DNA from: an uncultured virus (IMG/VR IMGVR_UViG_3300030339_000027)
Lineage: Duplodnaviria > Heunggongvirae > Uroviricota > Caudoviricetes
Direction: 5' to 3' (one strand)
Virus record (IMG/VR): IMGVR_UViG_3300030339_000027
DNA: 64,000 nt
In this document: positions 8,231-18,748 of the stretch, in pieces
Layout of the letters: every line of letters begins with the position of its first letter
Position numbering within the stretch: the stretch's first letter is position 1
The notes under the pieces: model-generated
What the model was told of the DNA's origin: nothing
The model's input: only the letters and a program-made list of their open reading frames with translations
Databases searched by the model: none
Position numbers and translations under genes: made by a program

Positions 8231-10821
8231 CAACAGTTGGTAATGTTACAATTACCACTCCTACTAGTGTTTCTATGCCAGATTATAATCTAGCAGAGAG
8301 CATTCTTATACCACTACAAAATCCTTATAATCCAGCTACTCTAAGTGTAACACAGGTTACAGGAACTTCCACAAAAGATCTAATGAGTCAAAAGGCTACT
8401 ACGGATGCAATTAATGGGGTACAAAATAATTTAACTAATGCTATTAATGCTTTACCTGCATTTCCACCAGAGACAGAGCCTGCATTTAATGCTTCTATTG
8501 CATTTAATTTAACATCTTCTGATCTCACTAATTTTAGAACAGCTTATGGATGGGGTAATCATGCGGGATTATATAGACCGATTGGTTATGTACCAGCTTG
8601 GAGTGAAATTTCTTCTAAACCTGTCTTTGCTACAGTAGCTACTACAGGAAGTTACAATGATTTAATAAATAAACCTACACTATTTAATGGAACATGGACC
8701 AGTTTAACTGGAAAACCTACTGCCTTAAGTGCCTTTACTAATGATTTATTATTTATTTCATCTTATACGGAAACTGACCCAACAGTTCCTTCCTATGTAA
8801 AATCAATTTCCTCTACTAATATAACCAATTGGAATACAGCAGTAACTAATTCGCATTTGCATGCTAATAAAACTGTACTTGATGGTATAGATGCTACGGC
8901 AGTAAGTAATTGGAATGGAAAACAACCTGCTGGGGCTTATTTAATTGCCTCTGATATTACAGGTAAAGAAAATATTTCTAACAAAGAAAATACAACTCTT
9001 GATACTTCTATCACTAAATATCCCACAAATAATTTAATCAAAACTTATGTAGATAATAAAACCACATCTTTAATTCCTACAAATAGTAAAATAATTCCTA
9101 CAGATTTTATATGGACTGGAGTTTTAACTGGATCAAATCAAACATGGATAATCACATTTAATCATGTTATTAGTGGAAATGTAACAATTCCTGCAAATGT
9201 AACTTTATATTTTATGGGAGGGTCTATTACAGGTATTACTACATTAACAGGAAACAATACTAAAATTATTGCGGATGATGCTAATATAATTTCAGCCACA
9301 ACTATAGCTGGAACTTGGACCACAGATCATACGTGGTTTAGATGGTTTGGGGCCAAAGGTGATGCTGCTACAGATGATTATGTTAAAGGTCAGCAGTTGC
9401 TTGATTGGGCATATTCTAATAATAGGATGAAAGTATGGATGGGTACTGGACGTTATAGGGTAGCAACAAGTGGTTTTACAATAAAAGTAGATTTTGAAGG
9501 ACAAGGGAATCATACATATGGTAATTCTAGTGAAATATACAACAGAACTACAAGTGGTTATGGAGTAAAAGTAGCAGAAAATTACATTACCCTACAGAAT
9601 TTTACAGTTTATGGAAATGCTACTGCTAATTTTGGAGTAGGTGCTACTTGTGGAGATGGTATATTAGTAGATGGTACAATCTATACTGGAATTCAGTATG
9701 TAACTTTTAAGAATGTAATTGCAATAAGAAATAGTTATGGATTTAGATTTACTGCAGGTGCCTGGTTAATAAACTTTTATGATTGTTATGCAGTTGAGAA
9801 TCTCTATGATGGATTTAATGCAGATTCAGGGGATGGTGGTGTAGTAAATACAGGTCAGAAAAATCATATAAATTGGTTTGGCTGTACATCTACTGGAAAT
9901 GGTCGTAATGGCTGGACTCTATGGGGAATGTCACTTCATTTATATGGATGCGATGCTGAATTAAACTACGCTCAAGGAGTTGACTTGAATAATGTACTCT
10001 CAAAAGATAGAACTTTTGATGTAGATTGTTTAAATACAATGATTTCAGGTTGTCACTTTGAAGGCAATGGTTATGGGGCTATCCATGTTAGTGGTGGAAT
10101 ATATAATACACACTACATGTATGTTAGAGGATTGATTATAGAGGGATGTTATATTTATGATGGCACAGCTTTAATGAAAGATAGTAGAGTAAATTCTTTA
10201 CTATTTGAAAGTTATGGTGCAGTAAATGAAGGAACAGGTGCTATACGTAATGTCAGAGTAGCTAATAATACATTTGCGGGAGACATGGCTGTACTATGTA
10301 ATTTTAATGGATTACTTGATGCACAATCATATATCGATTTACCTACTGATACTCATTTTATAAACTTTGGTAGAGCTACTAATCCAAATCAATATCGTAC
10401 TTTAGTTATTAATGGTTATTTTTATGCAAAAGGAGTTACTTGGACTAATCCATTAAGATCTGAGACAGTACCAACTGGAACTACAGTATCTTTTCCAATA
10501 ACATTACCTTCAAATTGTAATATTCAACAATATAAAATTTGGGTACAAACAGATGCTACTAATTATACAATTACTTTTAATACAATGGCTCGTGATGGTT
10601 TAACTGGAATTGGAGCATATGGTAATTCATTGATTTATACAGATGCTATTGCAGGAAATTCAGGAAGTAAACTTATAAACTCTTCCACTACTGGATCATA
10701 CACAGCTTCTAATAGAGTTATTGAGAGTAAAAATGATATGTATCTTAACATTACTGTTACGATTACTACTCCTGGAACTTATCTTTATTTAGGTAATCCT
10801 GTTATACTTTACAAACCTTAA
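8215..10821 (+). CDS. Fibre/spike protein with right-handed beta-helix (pectate-lyase-like) domain, putative polysaccharide depolymerase
   Basis: N-terminal shaft repeats (WSEISSKP, YNDLINKP, WTSLTGKP, TETDP), then WFGAKGDAATDD and Asn/Gly/Cys-laddered repeats (INFYDCYAVEN, MISGCHFEGN, IIEGCYI). Confidence 0.75.
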   Translation: MGQFITTVGNVTITTPTSVSMPDYNLAESILIPLQNPYNPATLSVTQVTGTSTKDLMSQKATTDAINGVQNNLTNAINALPAFPPETEPAFNASIAFNLTSSDLTNFRTAYGWGNHAGLYRPIGYVPAWSEISSKPVFATVATTGSYNDLINKPTLFNGTWTSLTGKPTALSAFTNDLLFISSYTETDPTVPSYVKSISSTNITNWNTAVTNSHLHANKTVLDGIDATAVSNWNGKQPAGAYLIASDITGKENISNKENTTLDTSITKYPTNNLIKTYVDNKTTSLIPTNSKIIPTDFIWTGVLTGSNQTWIITFNHVISGNVTIPANVTLYFMGGSITGITTLTGNNTKIIADDANIISATTIAGTWTTDHTWFRWFGAKGDAATDDYVKGQQLLDWAYSNNRMKVWMGTGRYRVATSGFTIKVDFEGQGNHTYGNSSEIYNRTTSGYGVKVAENYITLQNFTVYGNATANFGVGATCGDGILVDGTIYTGIQYVTFKNVIAIRNSYGFRFTAGAWLINFYDCYAVENLYDGFNADSGDGGVVNTGQKNHINWFGCTSTGNGRNGWTLWGMSLHLYGCDAELNYAQGVDLNNVLSKDRTFDVDCLNTMISGCHFEGNGYGAIHVSGGIYNTHYMYVRGLIIEGCYIYDGTALMKDSRVNSLLFESYGAVNEGTGAIRNVRVANNTFAGDMAVLCNFNGLLDAQSYIDLPTDTHFINFGRATNPNQYRTLVINGYFYAKGVTWTNPLRSETVPTGTTVSFPITLPSNCNIQQYKIWVQTDATNYTITFNTMARDGLTGIGAYGNSLIYTDAIAGNSGSKLINSSTTGSYTASNRVIESKNDMYLNITVTITTPGTYLYLGNPVILYKP

Positions 10822-10836
10822 AACTACAAATAAAAA

Positions 10837-10876
10837 ATCCATGGTTGTTTATTTTAAAAAGTAAATAATCATGGAT
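10837..10876. terminator. Intergenic inverted repeat, possible terminator
   Basis: ATCCATGGTTGTTTA...TAAATAATCATGGAT stem (G-U pairs allowed) after the stop at 10821. Confidence 0.45.
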
Positions 10877-10900
10877 AAATTAAATTTTTTTTAAATAAAG

Positions 10901-10932
10901 TTTGTGTTTGTAAATTAAAAAGTTTACATTTG
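10901..10932 (+). promoter_or_regulatory. Bacteroidota sigma-A-type promoter (-33 TTTG / -7 TAnnTTTG)
   Basis: TTTG at 10901-10904, 20-nt spacer, TACATTTG at 10925-10932, upstream of the scaffold-capsid unit. Confidence 0.8.
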
Positions 10933-10956
10933 CAAAATTAATTAATAGGAAATAAT

Positions 10957-12078
10957 ATGACACAACCCACAATGAAAGTTCTTGATGATAGTTATCTCAC
11001 GGACGACGATGATTTTGCAACTGGAAATCAAGATTTAAGTCCCATCGAACTAGACCCTATAGATCCTATAGAGGAAGGTGATGAAGGAGATATGACCATC
11101 CGCCAACTAAGCGCAGATGAACGTGATGCACCAGCACCCATACAAACACCCATAGACACAGATATTGTAGCACTTTTACTTAAAAATAAAGGTATAGTAG
11201 ATCCTACTCAAATTCTTTTTGAAGAAGAAGATGGTACTGAAACTACTCGTGATTTTAACACTTTAACTCAAGAAGAACAATTAGAACTTCTAGAAGCTAA
11301 TGATAGTGAAATTAATTACGGCCTGGAAGATACAGAAGTAGAAGCTGTAAATTATTTGAGAGAAAATAATGTAACTCTAGATGAACTTATTGCTTATCAT
11401 AGAAGAACAGCAGTAGAAGAATTTCAAAACTCAGGAGAAACCTCTTTTGAAATTGACGCCTTCACAGATGAAGAATTATATGTATTAGATTTAAAAGCTG
11501 AATTTGAAGATTTTACTAATGAAGAATTAGAAATCAAGTTGACTAAAGCTTTAGAAAGCCCTGATTTATTCAAAAAGGAAATAGATAAAATAAGGAGTAA
11601 ATATAAAACCTTAGAAGAAGAAGATAGAACAGCCTCTGCCGCCCTATTAACACAGGAACAAGAAGAAGCTTTTCAACAGATTACAAATGCTATAAGTGAC
11701 GTGGCAGCACGTACAGACGATATGTATGGCATAGACCTAGAAGAATCCGATAAGGAAGATATAATTAATTTAATAACAGATAGAGATTTAAACGGTGTAA
11801 CTCCGTTAGTTAAGGCACTTGATGATCCTGATAAATTATTTAAAGCAGCTTGGTTTATTGCCAAGGGAGAAGAGGCTTTTGATATTCTGCATAAATATTA
11901 CACAAAGCAGATTGAAGAAGTTAGAAAAACCTCACTACAAAAAGGAAGAGAAGAAGTTACGAAAGGTTTACAAACTAAACCTGTAAATAGAATTCCAACT
12001 ACCTCTACTACTAGACAAACTGCTCCAGCTAAAAAAGTCATGACAATGGATGACCTCTACAATAATATAAACGATTAA
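10957..12078 (+). CDS. Acidic capsid assembly/scaffold-like protein
   Basis: Extremely D/E-rich, helical 373-aa protein immediately upstream of the capsid gene, as in crAss-like gene order. Confidence 0.6.
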   Translation: MTQPTMKVLDDSYLTDDDDFATGNQDLSPIELDPIDPIEEGDEGDMTIRQLSADERDAPAPIQTPIDTDIVALLLKNKGIVDPTQILFEEEDGTETTRDFNTLTQEEQLELLEANDSEINYGLEDTEVEAVNYLRENNVTLDELIAYHRRTAVEEFQNSGETSFEIDAFTDEELYVLDLKAEFEDFTNEELEIKLTKALESPDLFKKEIDKIRSKYKTLEEEDRTASAALLTQEQEEAFQQITNAISDVAARTDDMYGIDLEESDKEDIINLITDRDLNGVTPLVKALDDPDKLFKAAWFIAKGEEAFDILHKYYTKQIEEVRKTSLQKGREEVTKGLQTKPVNRIPTTSTTRQTAPAKKVMTMDDLYNNIND

Positions 12079-12097
12079 TAACGTAACAAATTAAATT

Positions 12098-13522
12098 ATG
12101 GCTTTAGTAACAAGTTTTGTTAGTCAAGGTCCCTCAATGGGCCAAACTAAGACTTATGAAGACTTTGGAAAATTCCTTGGACTTCGCCCTCATAGACTAG
12201 GTATCGTCTCTAAAATGTATCCAAATCTAACAGCGTCATTCTTAACTGAATCGCTTATGAACATCTACTACAATGAAAACAAAGCTTCCAAATTCCAAAA
12301 CATTGATGCAATGGTATTTGAGTGGGAGATTGATGTTAACTTCATCAAACGTGTAGAATTTGCAGCTGTACCTACGGGAACAGGATTGAATGGTTCAGAT
12401 ATTATCATGCCATTCAAAGAAAGATATTACGAAAAATATGATACTTTTCGTATCGAAGGTTCTCGTCAGCAATGTTTTGTAAAGAGTTCTCCTATTCGTA
12501 AAGCTGATAACTACTGGGAAGTTGTTGTACAGTTAATCGATGCTGATTATTCATCAGTTCTTGATACTACTGCTACACAAGTAGGAAATACAACTCGTTG
12601 GATTTCTAACTACCATCCTGAATTATCAGAAGAAGGTTACACTAAGTATCAATCAAATATTGAAAGACATAGAAATCACATTTCTCTTCATAGAAATGAT
12701 GTATCTTTCTCTAGTCAGTTCGCTGCTTTAGAAGATGTATTTATTTCAATTGGACAACCAGATGCTGCTAATAACGGTAACTTCAAAGAAGTGGTTTACA
12801 AGATGAAGAAAAAAGAACAAGAATGTCTTGAATCTTTCATGTTGGCTAGAAATCAAGGAATGCTCTTTGGGAAATCTAACTTTGATAAGAATGGTAAATG
12901 CACCATTACTGATCCTAAAACAGGACGTGCTATCCCAATGGGAGATGGTCTTATTGCTCAAATTGAAAGATATGCTAACAAATATGCTTATGCTAAGTTA
13001 ACTATCAATGCATTCGATACGATGATTGAAACCATGCGTGAACGTGCAAAAGAACCAACGGGCAACCAATGGGTATTCGTTTGTAACGAGAAAATGTGGA
13101 CACAAATCCAAAGAACTCTTAGAGATTATCTTAAAGACTGGAAAACAAATGGTGTGTTCTTCTACTCGAAGAAAGCCGGTGGTATGGTAGAAGTAGGGGC
13201 AACCTTCGATACTTATAACTTCGGTGGTAACCAATTAACTTTCCACGTTGATAGAAGTTTAACATACGAATATCCTGATAAAGGCTACGGTTTATGTATT
13301 GACTTAACATCAGATAAAACTTCAGGTGTTCCTGCAGCTCAGATGTTCACACTTAAGGGTGGTGAATTCATCAGAGGCGTACTAAAAGGTGTTGGTGGAA
13401 TGGATGGTGTAACTTCAGGTGATGTAAATACTGCTGTCGCAGGTAGTAAGATTATTCACATGGGTTATGCAGGTATTGGAATTTACAATCCTTACCGTTC
13501 ATTTATCATGATGGAACAGTAA
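12098..13522 (+). CDS. Major capsid protein (crAss-like, HK97 fold)
   Basis: 474 aa; strongly biased codons (TTC/AAC/ATC/CGT) suggesting very high expression; ERHRNHISLHR, MLFGKSN, IPMGDGLIAQI, FHVDRSL segments; strong terminator follows. Confidence 0.85.
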   Translation: MALVTSFVSQGPSMGQTKTYEDFGKFLGLRPHRLGIVSKMYPNLTASFLTESLMNIYYNENKASKFQNIDAMVFEWEIDVNFIKRVEFAAVPTGTGLNGSDIIMPFKERYYEKYDTFRIEGSRQQCFVKSSPIRKADNYWEVVVQLIDADYSSVLDTTATQVGNTTRWISNYHPELSEEGYTKYQSNIERHRNHISLHRNDVSFSSQFAALEDVFISIGQPDAANNGNFKEVVYKMKKKEQECLESFMLARNQGMLFGKSNFDKNGKCTITDPKTGRAIPMGDGLIAQIERYANKYAYAKLTINAFDTMIETMRERAKEPTGNQWVFVCNEKMWTQIQRTLRDYLKDWKTNGVFFYSKKAGGMVEVGATFDTYNFGGNQLTFHVDRSLTYEYPDKGYGLCIDLTSDKTSGVPAAQMFTLKGGEFIRGVLKGVGGMDGVTSGDVNTAVAGSKIIHMGYAGIGIYNPYRSFIMMEQ

Positions 13523-13537
13523 TATATACAATAGATA

Positions 13538-13569
13538 AAAGGGGGCAGAAATGCTCCCTTTCTTTTTTT
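13538..13569 (+). terminator. Intrinsic terminator after capsid gene
   Basis: AAAGGGGGCA-GAAA-TGCTCCCTTT followed by CTTTTTTT. Confidence 0.85.
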
Positions 13570-13612
13570 ATAAATTTTTTACAAATCCTGCATCTATTTG
13601 AAAAATAATTCT

Positions 13613-13620
13613 TATATTTG
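13613..13620 (+). promoter_or_regulatory. Bacteroidota-type -7 promoter element
   Basis: TATATTTG(C) between the terminator and the ATG at 13648. Confidence 0.7.
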
Positions 13621-13647
13621 CGGAATTAACAATAATATTGAACTAAT

Positions 13648-14511
13648 ATGGAAAACAGAATTATTATTCGTAGTGTCTTTAAAATTACGAAATGTTACAT
13701 GGAACCTGCTAAGGATCCAAAAACCAACCGATTCCCTGACTCAGTAAGAGAAGTGAATTCTGCTGGTGATATGATCCTCTCAGAAGAAGATCGTAAATCA
13801 GGAAAATTTTTCGTGAAATCTACGGATGTCATTGAAATTACTGATGGTAAAGAATTTAACTTGGATGACCCAATCGATGTAGCACAGTGGGATTCTATTA
13901 AATTCTCAAAAAGAATTGCACAGGATAGAATGGAAAAAGATATCTTAGGAAATCTTTCAATTGATGGAAATGCATTACGTTATGGTACTGCAGAATTTTA
14001 CATCGAACATCCTGGACAAGAAACAAAACAAAAAATCAACAGAAAACTTATTATACACAAGGCCATTGGTTTTATCTTTGGAGATTCTCCAGAAGGTTTA
14101 TATCAGAAAGTTAGAATTCTAGGTCATGAAATGAAGGGCAGCTCAATTAGTGATGTGCAAGATTACTTGCATGCTATCGCAGAGAAAGATCCCGAAAAAG
14201 TAATTGATCTATATACAGGAGGTGATACTCAACTAAGAATTTTCTTGTTAGACTCAATTGATAAGAATGTAATCTTAAACAGAAATGGTTTATTCTATTA
14301 TGCTGATACTATTTTAGGAAGTGCTGATTCTGCAGTAATTAACTGGTTCAAGCAACCTGCTAACAAGACAATGGTAAACATTATTAAAGCAGAGACTTAT
14401 CCAGATTTAGTACTAAAAAATTATGCTACTAAACAAGAAGGAGTAACAGAATCTTTACCAATTAAAGAAGAAGTTTCTAATACTCAAACAACAAAACCAA
14501 TTAAAAAATAA
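13648..14511 (+). CDS. Conserved crAss-like protein downstream of the capsid gene (function unknown)
   Basis: 287-aa ORF in the position of the conserved post-MCP gene of crAss-like phages. Confidence 0.6.
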   Translation: MENRIIIRSVFKITKCYMEPAKDPKTNRFPDSVREVNSAGDMILSEEDRKSGKFFVKSTDVIEITDGKEFNLDDPIDVAQWDSIKFSKRIAQDRMEKDILGNLSIDGNALRYGTAEFYIEHPGQETKQKINRKLIIHKAIGFIFGDSPEGLYQKVRILGHEMKGSSISDVQDYLHAIAEKDPEKVIDLYTGGDTQLRIFLLDSIDKNVILNRNGLFYYADTILGSADSAVINWFKQPANKTMVNIIKAETYPDLVLKNYATKQEGVTESLPIKEEVSNTQTTKPIKK

Positions 14512-14516
14512 GAATT

Positions 14517-15287
14517 ATGACAGTAAGAGAAGTTTATGATTATCTTTTGACCGAGAGCAATAAAGTAGAAGCTCCTTCTATATTACTGGATTCTTTCAAT
14601 TATTTTTTAGGGAAAGCAATAAATGAAACAACTAATCAATGGTATGCTTTTTATGAGCAAAACCAATTAGTTACTGATAACTTAAGGGTACTCACACGCC
14701 CGGCCACATTAGTTAATGCAAATATATCTACGGGAGACTTTTACAAGCTTCCTGTAGATTACTGGCATCTTTTACCAGGTGGTATAGTGAATTTTGTACA
14801 AGCAGATGGAGCAACTCCCTGTGATGCAACTTGGCAATCAACTCCTATTAAATTAGATAGTCAAATAAACTCAGGTATACTTAAAGATTATTATACAAAG
14901 CCATCTTATAAGAGGCCCTATTTGTATATGCATGAGTTTCATAACACTACAACAGTTGGAGGAGTTACTACCACAACCATTTATGAAATTGAGATTAAAG
15001 CCGGTAAAAAAAATATTTATAAACCGACTACTCTATATATAGATTATTTAAAAAAGCCCAATCTCCCTAATAAAACTCTAAAGGAGACGGACCCAACTAA
15101 CCTCTACCTTACATTTGAAGAGTTAGAGTCAGATACAGATATCTCTCAAAAACTAGAATTCCCAGAGAATTATTGTTATGAGATTGTCAACAAATTAACA
15201 GCACTTGTTCTGGAGCAAACTGGAGATCCTAGATTGCAAAACAATATTCCATTAAATCAAACAATGGTGCCTCCAAAACAGGGATAG
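14517..15287 (+). CDS. Tail ring/adaptor (head-tail connector-like) protein
   Basis: MTVREVYDYLL N-terminal helix, YKLPVDY, YIDYLKKP and LEFPENYCYEIV motifs typical of tubular/adaptor ring proteins. Confidence 0.6.
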   Translation: MTVREVYDYLLTESNKVEAPSILLDSFNYFLGKAINETTNQWYAFYEQNQLVTDNLRVLTRPATLVNANISTGDFYKLPVDYWHLLPGGIVNFVQADGATPCDATWQSTPIKLDSQINSGILKDYYTKPSYKRPYLYMHEFHNTTTVGGVTTTTIYEIEIKAGKKNIYKPTTLYIDYLKKPNLPNKTLKETDPTNLYLTFEELESDTDISQKLEFPENYCYEIVNKLTALVLEQTGDPRLQNNIPLNQTMVPPKQG

Positions 15288-15320
15288 ATAATGCTTTATT
15301 AATTTAAAATATTTTAAACT

Positions 15321-16298
15321 ATGTTTAATTTTACAACTGAAACAATTTTAAACGACCTATCTAAAGTTAAAGGTCTAATTGGAGCTCTTACTGCTCCAGC
15401 ATCAGGATTCAACTGGGATCCAGGTATTGAAGCTACTAAAAAAGCTCTTTACGTAGAACGTATTAACAAATTTATCGTTGGTGGTACTGACGATTACGTT
15501 AAAGGTGCAAAAGTATACAAACGTGTAGCCACTGCTGCTACTCTTGCTCAAAGTAAGATCACTATTCCAACAGTCGTTGTTGGTAATCTATACAGAGTTG
15601 GTGTACAAGTTTCTACAAACGGATATGCAGACGGACAATTTGCTCGTGACAGGACTACTTATGGTAAACCTTTCTACATTGAGCAAATAGCTACTGCTAC
15701 TACTGCTGCTACTTTAGCTACAGCTCTTGCTGCTGCTTGGAACAAGACTTTTGCAACTTATGATAACTTTATCACTGCTACAGTTTCCACAGCTGATTTG
15801 ATTTTTACCTCACTAGGTAATCCATTCATTCAGTTCAAAACAATTACATTTGAACAATTAGATTTAATCACAGGATTAGCAACTGATCAAGGACTTGCTG
15901 TTACTAACGTTGCTGTAGGACAAGCTTCTTTCGGAGATTACACAGATTTACTTAGAAATCATAGATTACCTACTCTTGATAATTTCCGTCCATTTGGTGA
16001 AAACCAGGAAGAATTACCAGCAGTTGGAGCAACCTATAATCAATATACTTTAGAGTATATTGCAGCACGTGGATCTATGGACCCATCTAGTGTTGGTGGA
16101 CTTGCAACTTCTAAAACAACACACGTTTTCTATGTAAACGCAGCTGCTCCAACAGTTATTCGTCACTTACAAGGAACTACAGGACAGACAGGAGCATATT
16201 CTTTTGATATGATTCTAAAAGCACAGGGTTTAAGCATCATTGATGCACAGACTGGAGCTGATTTAACTGCAGGTGTTACTCTTCCAACTGAAGCATAA
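15321..16298 (+). CDS. Abundant virion protein, probable auxiliary capsid (decoration) protein
   Basis: 325 aa, Ala/Thr-rich, capsid-like biased codon usage, own terminator; YNQYTLEY...THVFYV C-terminal strands. Confidence 0.6.
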   Translation: MFNFTTETILNDLSKVKGLIGALTAPASGFNWDPGIEATKKALYVERINKFIVGGTDDYVKGAKVYKRVATAATLAQSKITIPTVVVGNLYRVGVQVSTNGYADGQFARDRTTYGKPFYIEQIATATTAATLATALAAAWNKTFATYDNFITATVSTADLIFTSLGNPFIQFKTITFEQLDLITGLATDQGLAVTNVAVGQASFGDYTDLLRNHRLPTLDNFRPFGENQEELPAVGATYNQYTLEYIAARGSMDPSSVGGLATSKTTHVFYVNAAAPTVIRHLQGTTGQTGAYSFDMILKAQGLSIIDAQTGADLTAGVTLPTEA

Positions 16299-16324
16299 GA
16301 TTATTTTTATAGACTAATTAACCG

Positions 16325-16357
16325 AAAGGTAGGTAGGGTAACCTATCTACCTTTTTT
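16325..16357 (+). terminator. Intrinsic terminator
   Basis: AAAGGTAGGTAGG-GTAA-CCTATCTACCTTT followed by TTT. Confidence 0.85.
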
Positions 16358-16369
16358 AATATAACACCA

Positions 16370-17047
16370 ATGACACTAGAACAATTAACTTCTGCTGTAT
16401 ATAATAACATAGTCTCTGGTTTAAAAGGAACAAATGCTAACGTACCTGTGGCACATGAACATATAGAAGATTCAATCATTGCGGAGAGGCTTTTAATAAT
16501 CAAGGAATATATGATTAAGGGAATTCTCCCAAGAAGGGATCTTTTAATTACAATTCCTTGTTTAGCATTAGAGTGTTTTCCAATAGAGAGATGTCCAGCT
16601 TCATGTGGAGTAACTAAAGCTGGGACTAATTATTTACATTTTGAACTTCCACAAATTATACAAGACTTTGGAGAAGAAGCTATCGATTTTATAGGTTCTA
16701 AGGACCATATGAATCCTTTTAAAGTTTACTTGGACAATAGTTTCATCTATAATAAATATCGCACTAGAAGGTCTAATAAGCCCTACGTTTGGGTAGATAC
16801 TACTCCTAATAGAAATGGAAAATATGATGTATATGTATTTAATGCACCTTTGATGAAGGAAATTACAGCAGTGATTATTCCAAAGGATCCTAGGCAAATT
16901 TCTGAGTATGCTTGTTGTCCAGATGAACTTGACTACTTCTCATTCTTTTCTGCTGATATAGAGAAAAGAGTATCCGAAAAGTTTTTGAGATATTACAGAG
17001 AAGTCGTATATTTGCATCAACCAAGTGATAATTCAATTAAACCTTAA
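16370..17047 (+). CDS. Tail ring protein (putative)
   Basis: MTLEQLTSAV start, Cys cluster (CLALECFPIERCPASC), ELPQII and VIIPKDP motifs; position in the tail block. Confidence 0.55.
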   Translation: MTLEQLTSAVYNNIVSGLKGTNANVPVAHEHIEDSIIAERLLIIKEYMIKGILPRRDLLITIPCLALECFPIERCPASCGVTKAGTNYLHFELPQIIQDFGEEAIDFIGSKDHMNPFKVYLDNSFIYNKYRTRRSNKPYVWVDTTPNRNGKYDVYVFNAPLMKEITAVIIPKDPRQISEYACCPDELDYFSFFSADIEKRVSEKFLRYYREVVYLHQPSDNSIKP

Positions 17048-17049
17048 CT

Positions 17050-17739
17050 ATGGAAAAATTTCCCTTTTATACTGCAATGACTATGGTAAAAGATTTCTGG
17101 GGAGTCTCTTTAACTCCCGATGATTTTGAATCTTATGCTTACAATGCATGGAACCACATAGGTAATAAAGACACTAAACTTTATAGATATACCACAACTA
17201 TTTCTGGGGGATATATAGATCTCCCTTGTAATGTAGATATTATAGAATCTGTAAACTCTACTATGGAAGATTTTTACAAACCAGAAAATGTTACTAGAGA
17301 AGACTATTCTAATTTAACAGCACAGTCCTATATAGAAAGTAGAAAAACAGATCAATCTCCTTATTATCAAAGAGGAAAACAACTTAAATATGAGCGCTCA
17401 GGTAATACATTGTATTTTCCCACAGCAAATCAAATAGACGTTGTTATACTTTATAAAGGAGTGCTAGTAGATGATGATGGATTACCTTCATTAAATTTTA
17501 AAGAAATTGAAGCAATTGCAAACTATTGTGCTTTTATATATTACAGAAAAAAAGGATCAATGACTAAAGATAGTGCTCTGTTGCAAGTATCACAATTAGC
17601 CCAAACAGCTTGGCAAAAAAGCTGTGATGATGCCAGAACTCCTATTGAATTATCTCAAAACTTTATGAATGATCTTTTAGATGTACAATCTAGTTGGGAT
17701 CGTAAACGTTTTGGTAAATCATTTAAACCACTTAAATAA
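17050..17739 (+). CDS. Tail ring/tubular protein (putative)
   Basis: IDLPCNVDIIESV, VILYKGVLVDDDGLP and EAIANYC motifs resembling tail tubular proteins. Confidence 0.6.
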   Translation: MEKFPFYTAMTMVKDFWGVSLTPDDFESYAYNAWNHIGNKDTKLYRYTTTISGGYIDLPCNVDIIESVNSTMEDFYKPENVTREDYSNLTAQSYIESRKTDQSPYYQRGKQLKYERSGNTLYFPTANQIDVVILYKGVLVDDDGLPSLNFKEIEAIANYCAFIYYRKKGSMTKDSALLQVSQLAQTAWQKSCDDARTPIELSQNFMNDLLDVQSSWDRKRFGKSFKPLK

Positions 17740-18188
17740 TGTATAGACAAGCACACGCTTTTTCTCAACTAGATTTATTTCATACTTATGATGTTAATAA
17801 TTTAAAGTTTAAGGAAAATTGTGGAACACATAGAGAAATCAAAGCAATTTATAAATACGAATCAAAAAGTAACTTAGTTGCTAAGATTTTTCTAGCTTTA
17901 ATAAAGCTAATAATAAAAGATATGGTTAAGGGTGGGCATACATTTCATTTACCTACTAAAACTATAGCAATGTTTACCTGGAAGAAAATGCAAGATGATA
18001 GATTTAAAAGAGCATATACGGGAGGTAATTTTCCTAATTTAGATTTCATACAGGCCAATTTTACAATATTTACTCCTATTATGAAATTCTATTATAGAAA
18101 ACAATTTGTAGAAAAAGATATGATTCCTTCGTCAGATTTAAAAGGAGAAATTATAGAAAAAACTAATAATGGATTTAAATATTGTTGA
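17739..18188 (+). CDS. HU/IHF-like DNA-binding protein (putative)
   Basis: Basic; helix LVAKIFLALIKLIIKDMVKGG, then strand HTFHLP and a closing F...PSSDLK segment consistent with the HU/IHF layout; crAss tail blocks carry IHF-like genes. Confidence 0.5.
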   Translation: MYRQAHAFSQLDLFHTYDVNNLKFKENCGTHREIKAIYKYESKSNLVAKIFLALIKLIIKDMVKGGHTFHLPTKTIAMFTWKKMQDDRFKRAYTGGNFPNLDFIQANFTIFTPIMKFYYRKQFVEKDMIPSSDLKGEIIEKTNNGFKYC

Positions 18189-18190
18189 GG

Positions 18191-18748
18191 ATGGCACAAA
18201 AAAAATATGAAGATTATGCACAAGAACTCTATAAATTATTCCCGCACATAGAAGAAAAATCTATAGATGATATAGCAAATTTTGGATTAAAAAAAATTTA
18301 TCATTATGCAAAAACAGGAGGAGATATATTCTTAAGAGTTCTATCATTTTATTTATTTATTGGGAATTATAAAAAAGAGGGAGAAAATCAGTGGATTAGT
18401 AGTACACACAGAGAACATATTAAAAGAAGAAAGCTATTTAAAGAGAAAAAAATTGCTTGGAATAGAAAGCATTATTTTGGACTCACAGAAGAAGAAAACT
18501 CTGAGTTTTTGAAAAATAAAACTCTTCCCATTATTTCTCTTTATAAATTAATGAAAGAATGTGCTATAAGAAAGGATATTAGATATATCTATCAAACTGA
18601 TTTAGGTTACACACAAATTGATAAAAAAGTCCTTTGGTCTGAAAAAAGAGAAAACTTTTCCATAGATGATTGTATTCCCTCTAAAGAAGGGACTATACTA
18701 TTAGAGAAAAGAAAGAATAATAGGGAGTTAAAATTAAAAACTTTATAA
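18191..18748 (+). CDS. Second HU/IHF-like basic protein (putative)
   Basis: YAQELYKLFPHIEEKSIDDIANFGLKKIYHYAKTGGDIFLR helix-helix-strand start. ATG at 18191 preferred over TTG at 18182. Confidence 0.45.
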   Translation: MAQKKYEDYAQELYKLFPHIEEKSIDDIANFGLKKIYHYAKTGGDIFLRVLSFYLFIGNYKKEGENQWISSTHREHIKRRKLFKEKKIAWNRKHYFGLTEEENSEFLKNKTLPIISLYKLMKECAIRKDIRYIYQTDLGYTQIDKKVLWSEKRENFSIDDCIPSKEGTILLEKRKNNRELKLKTL

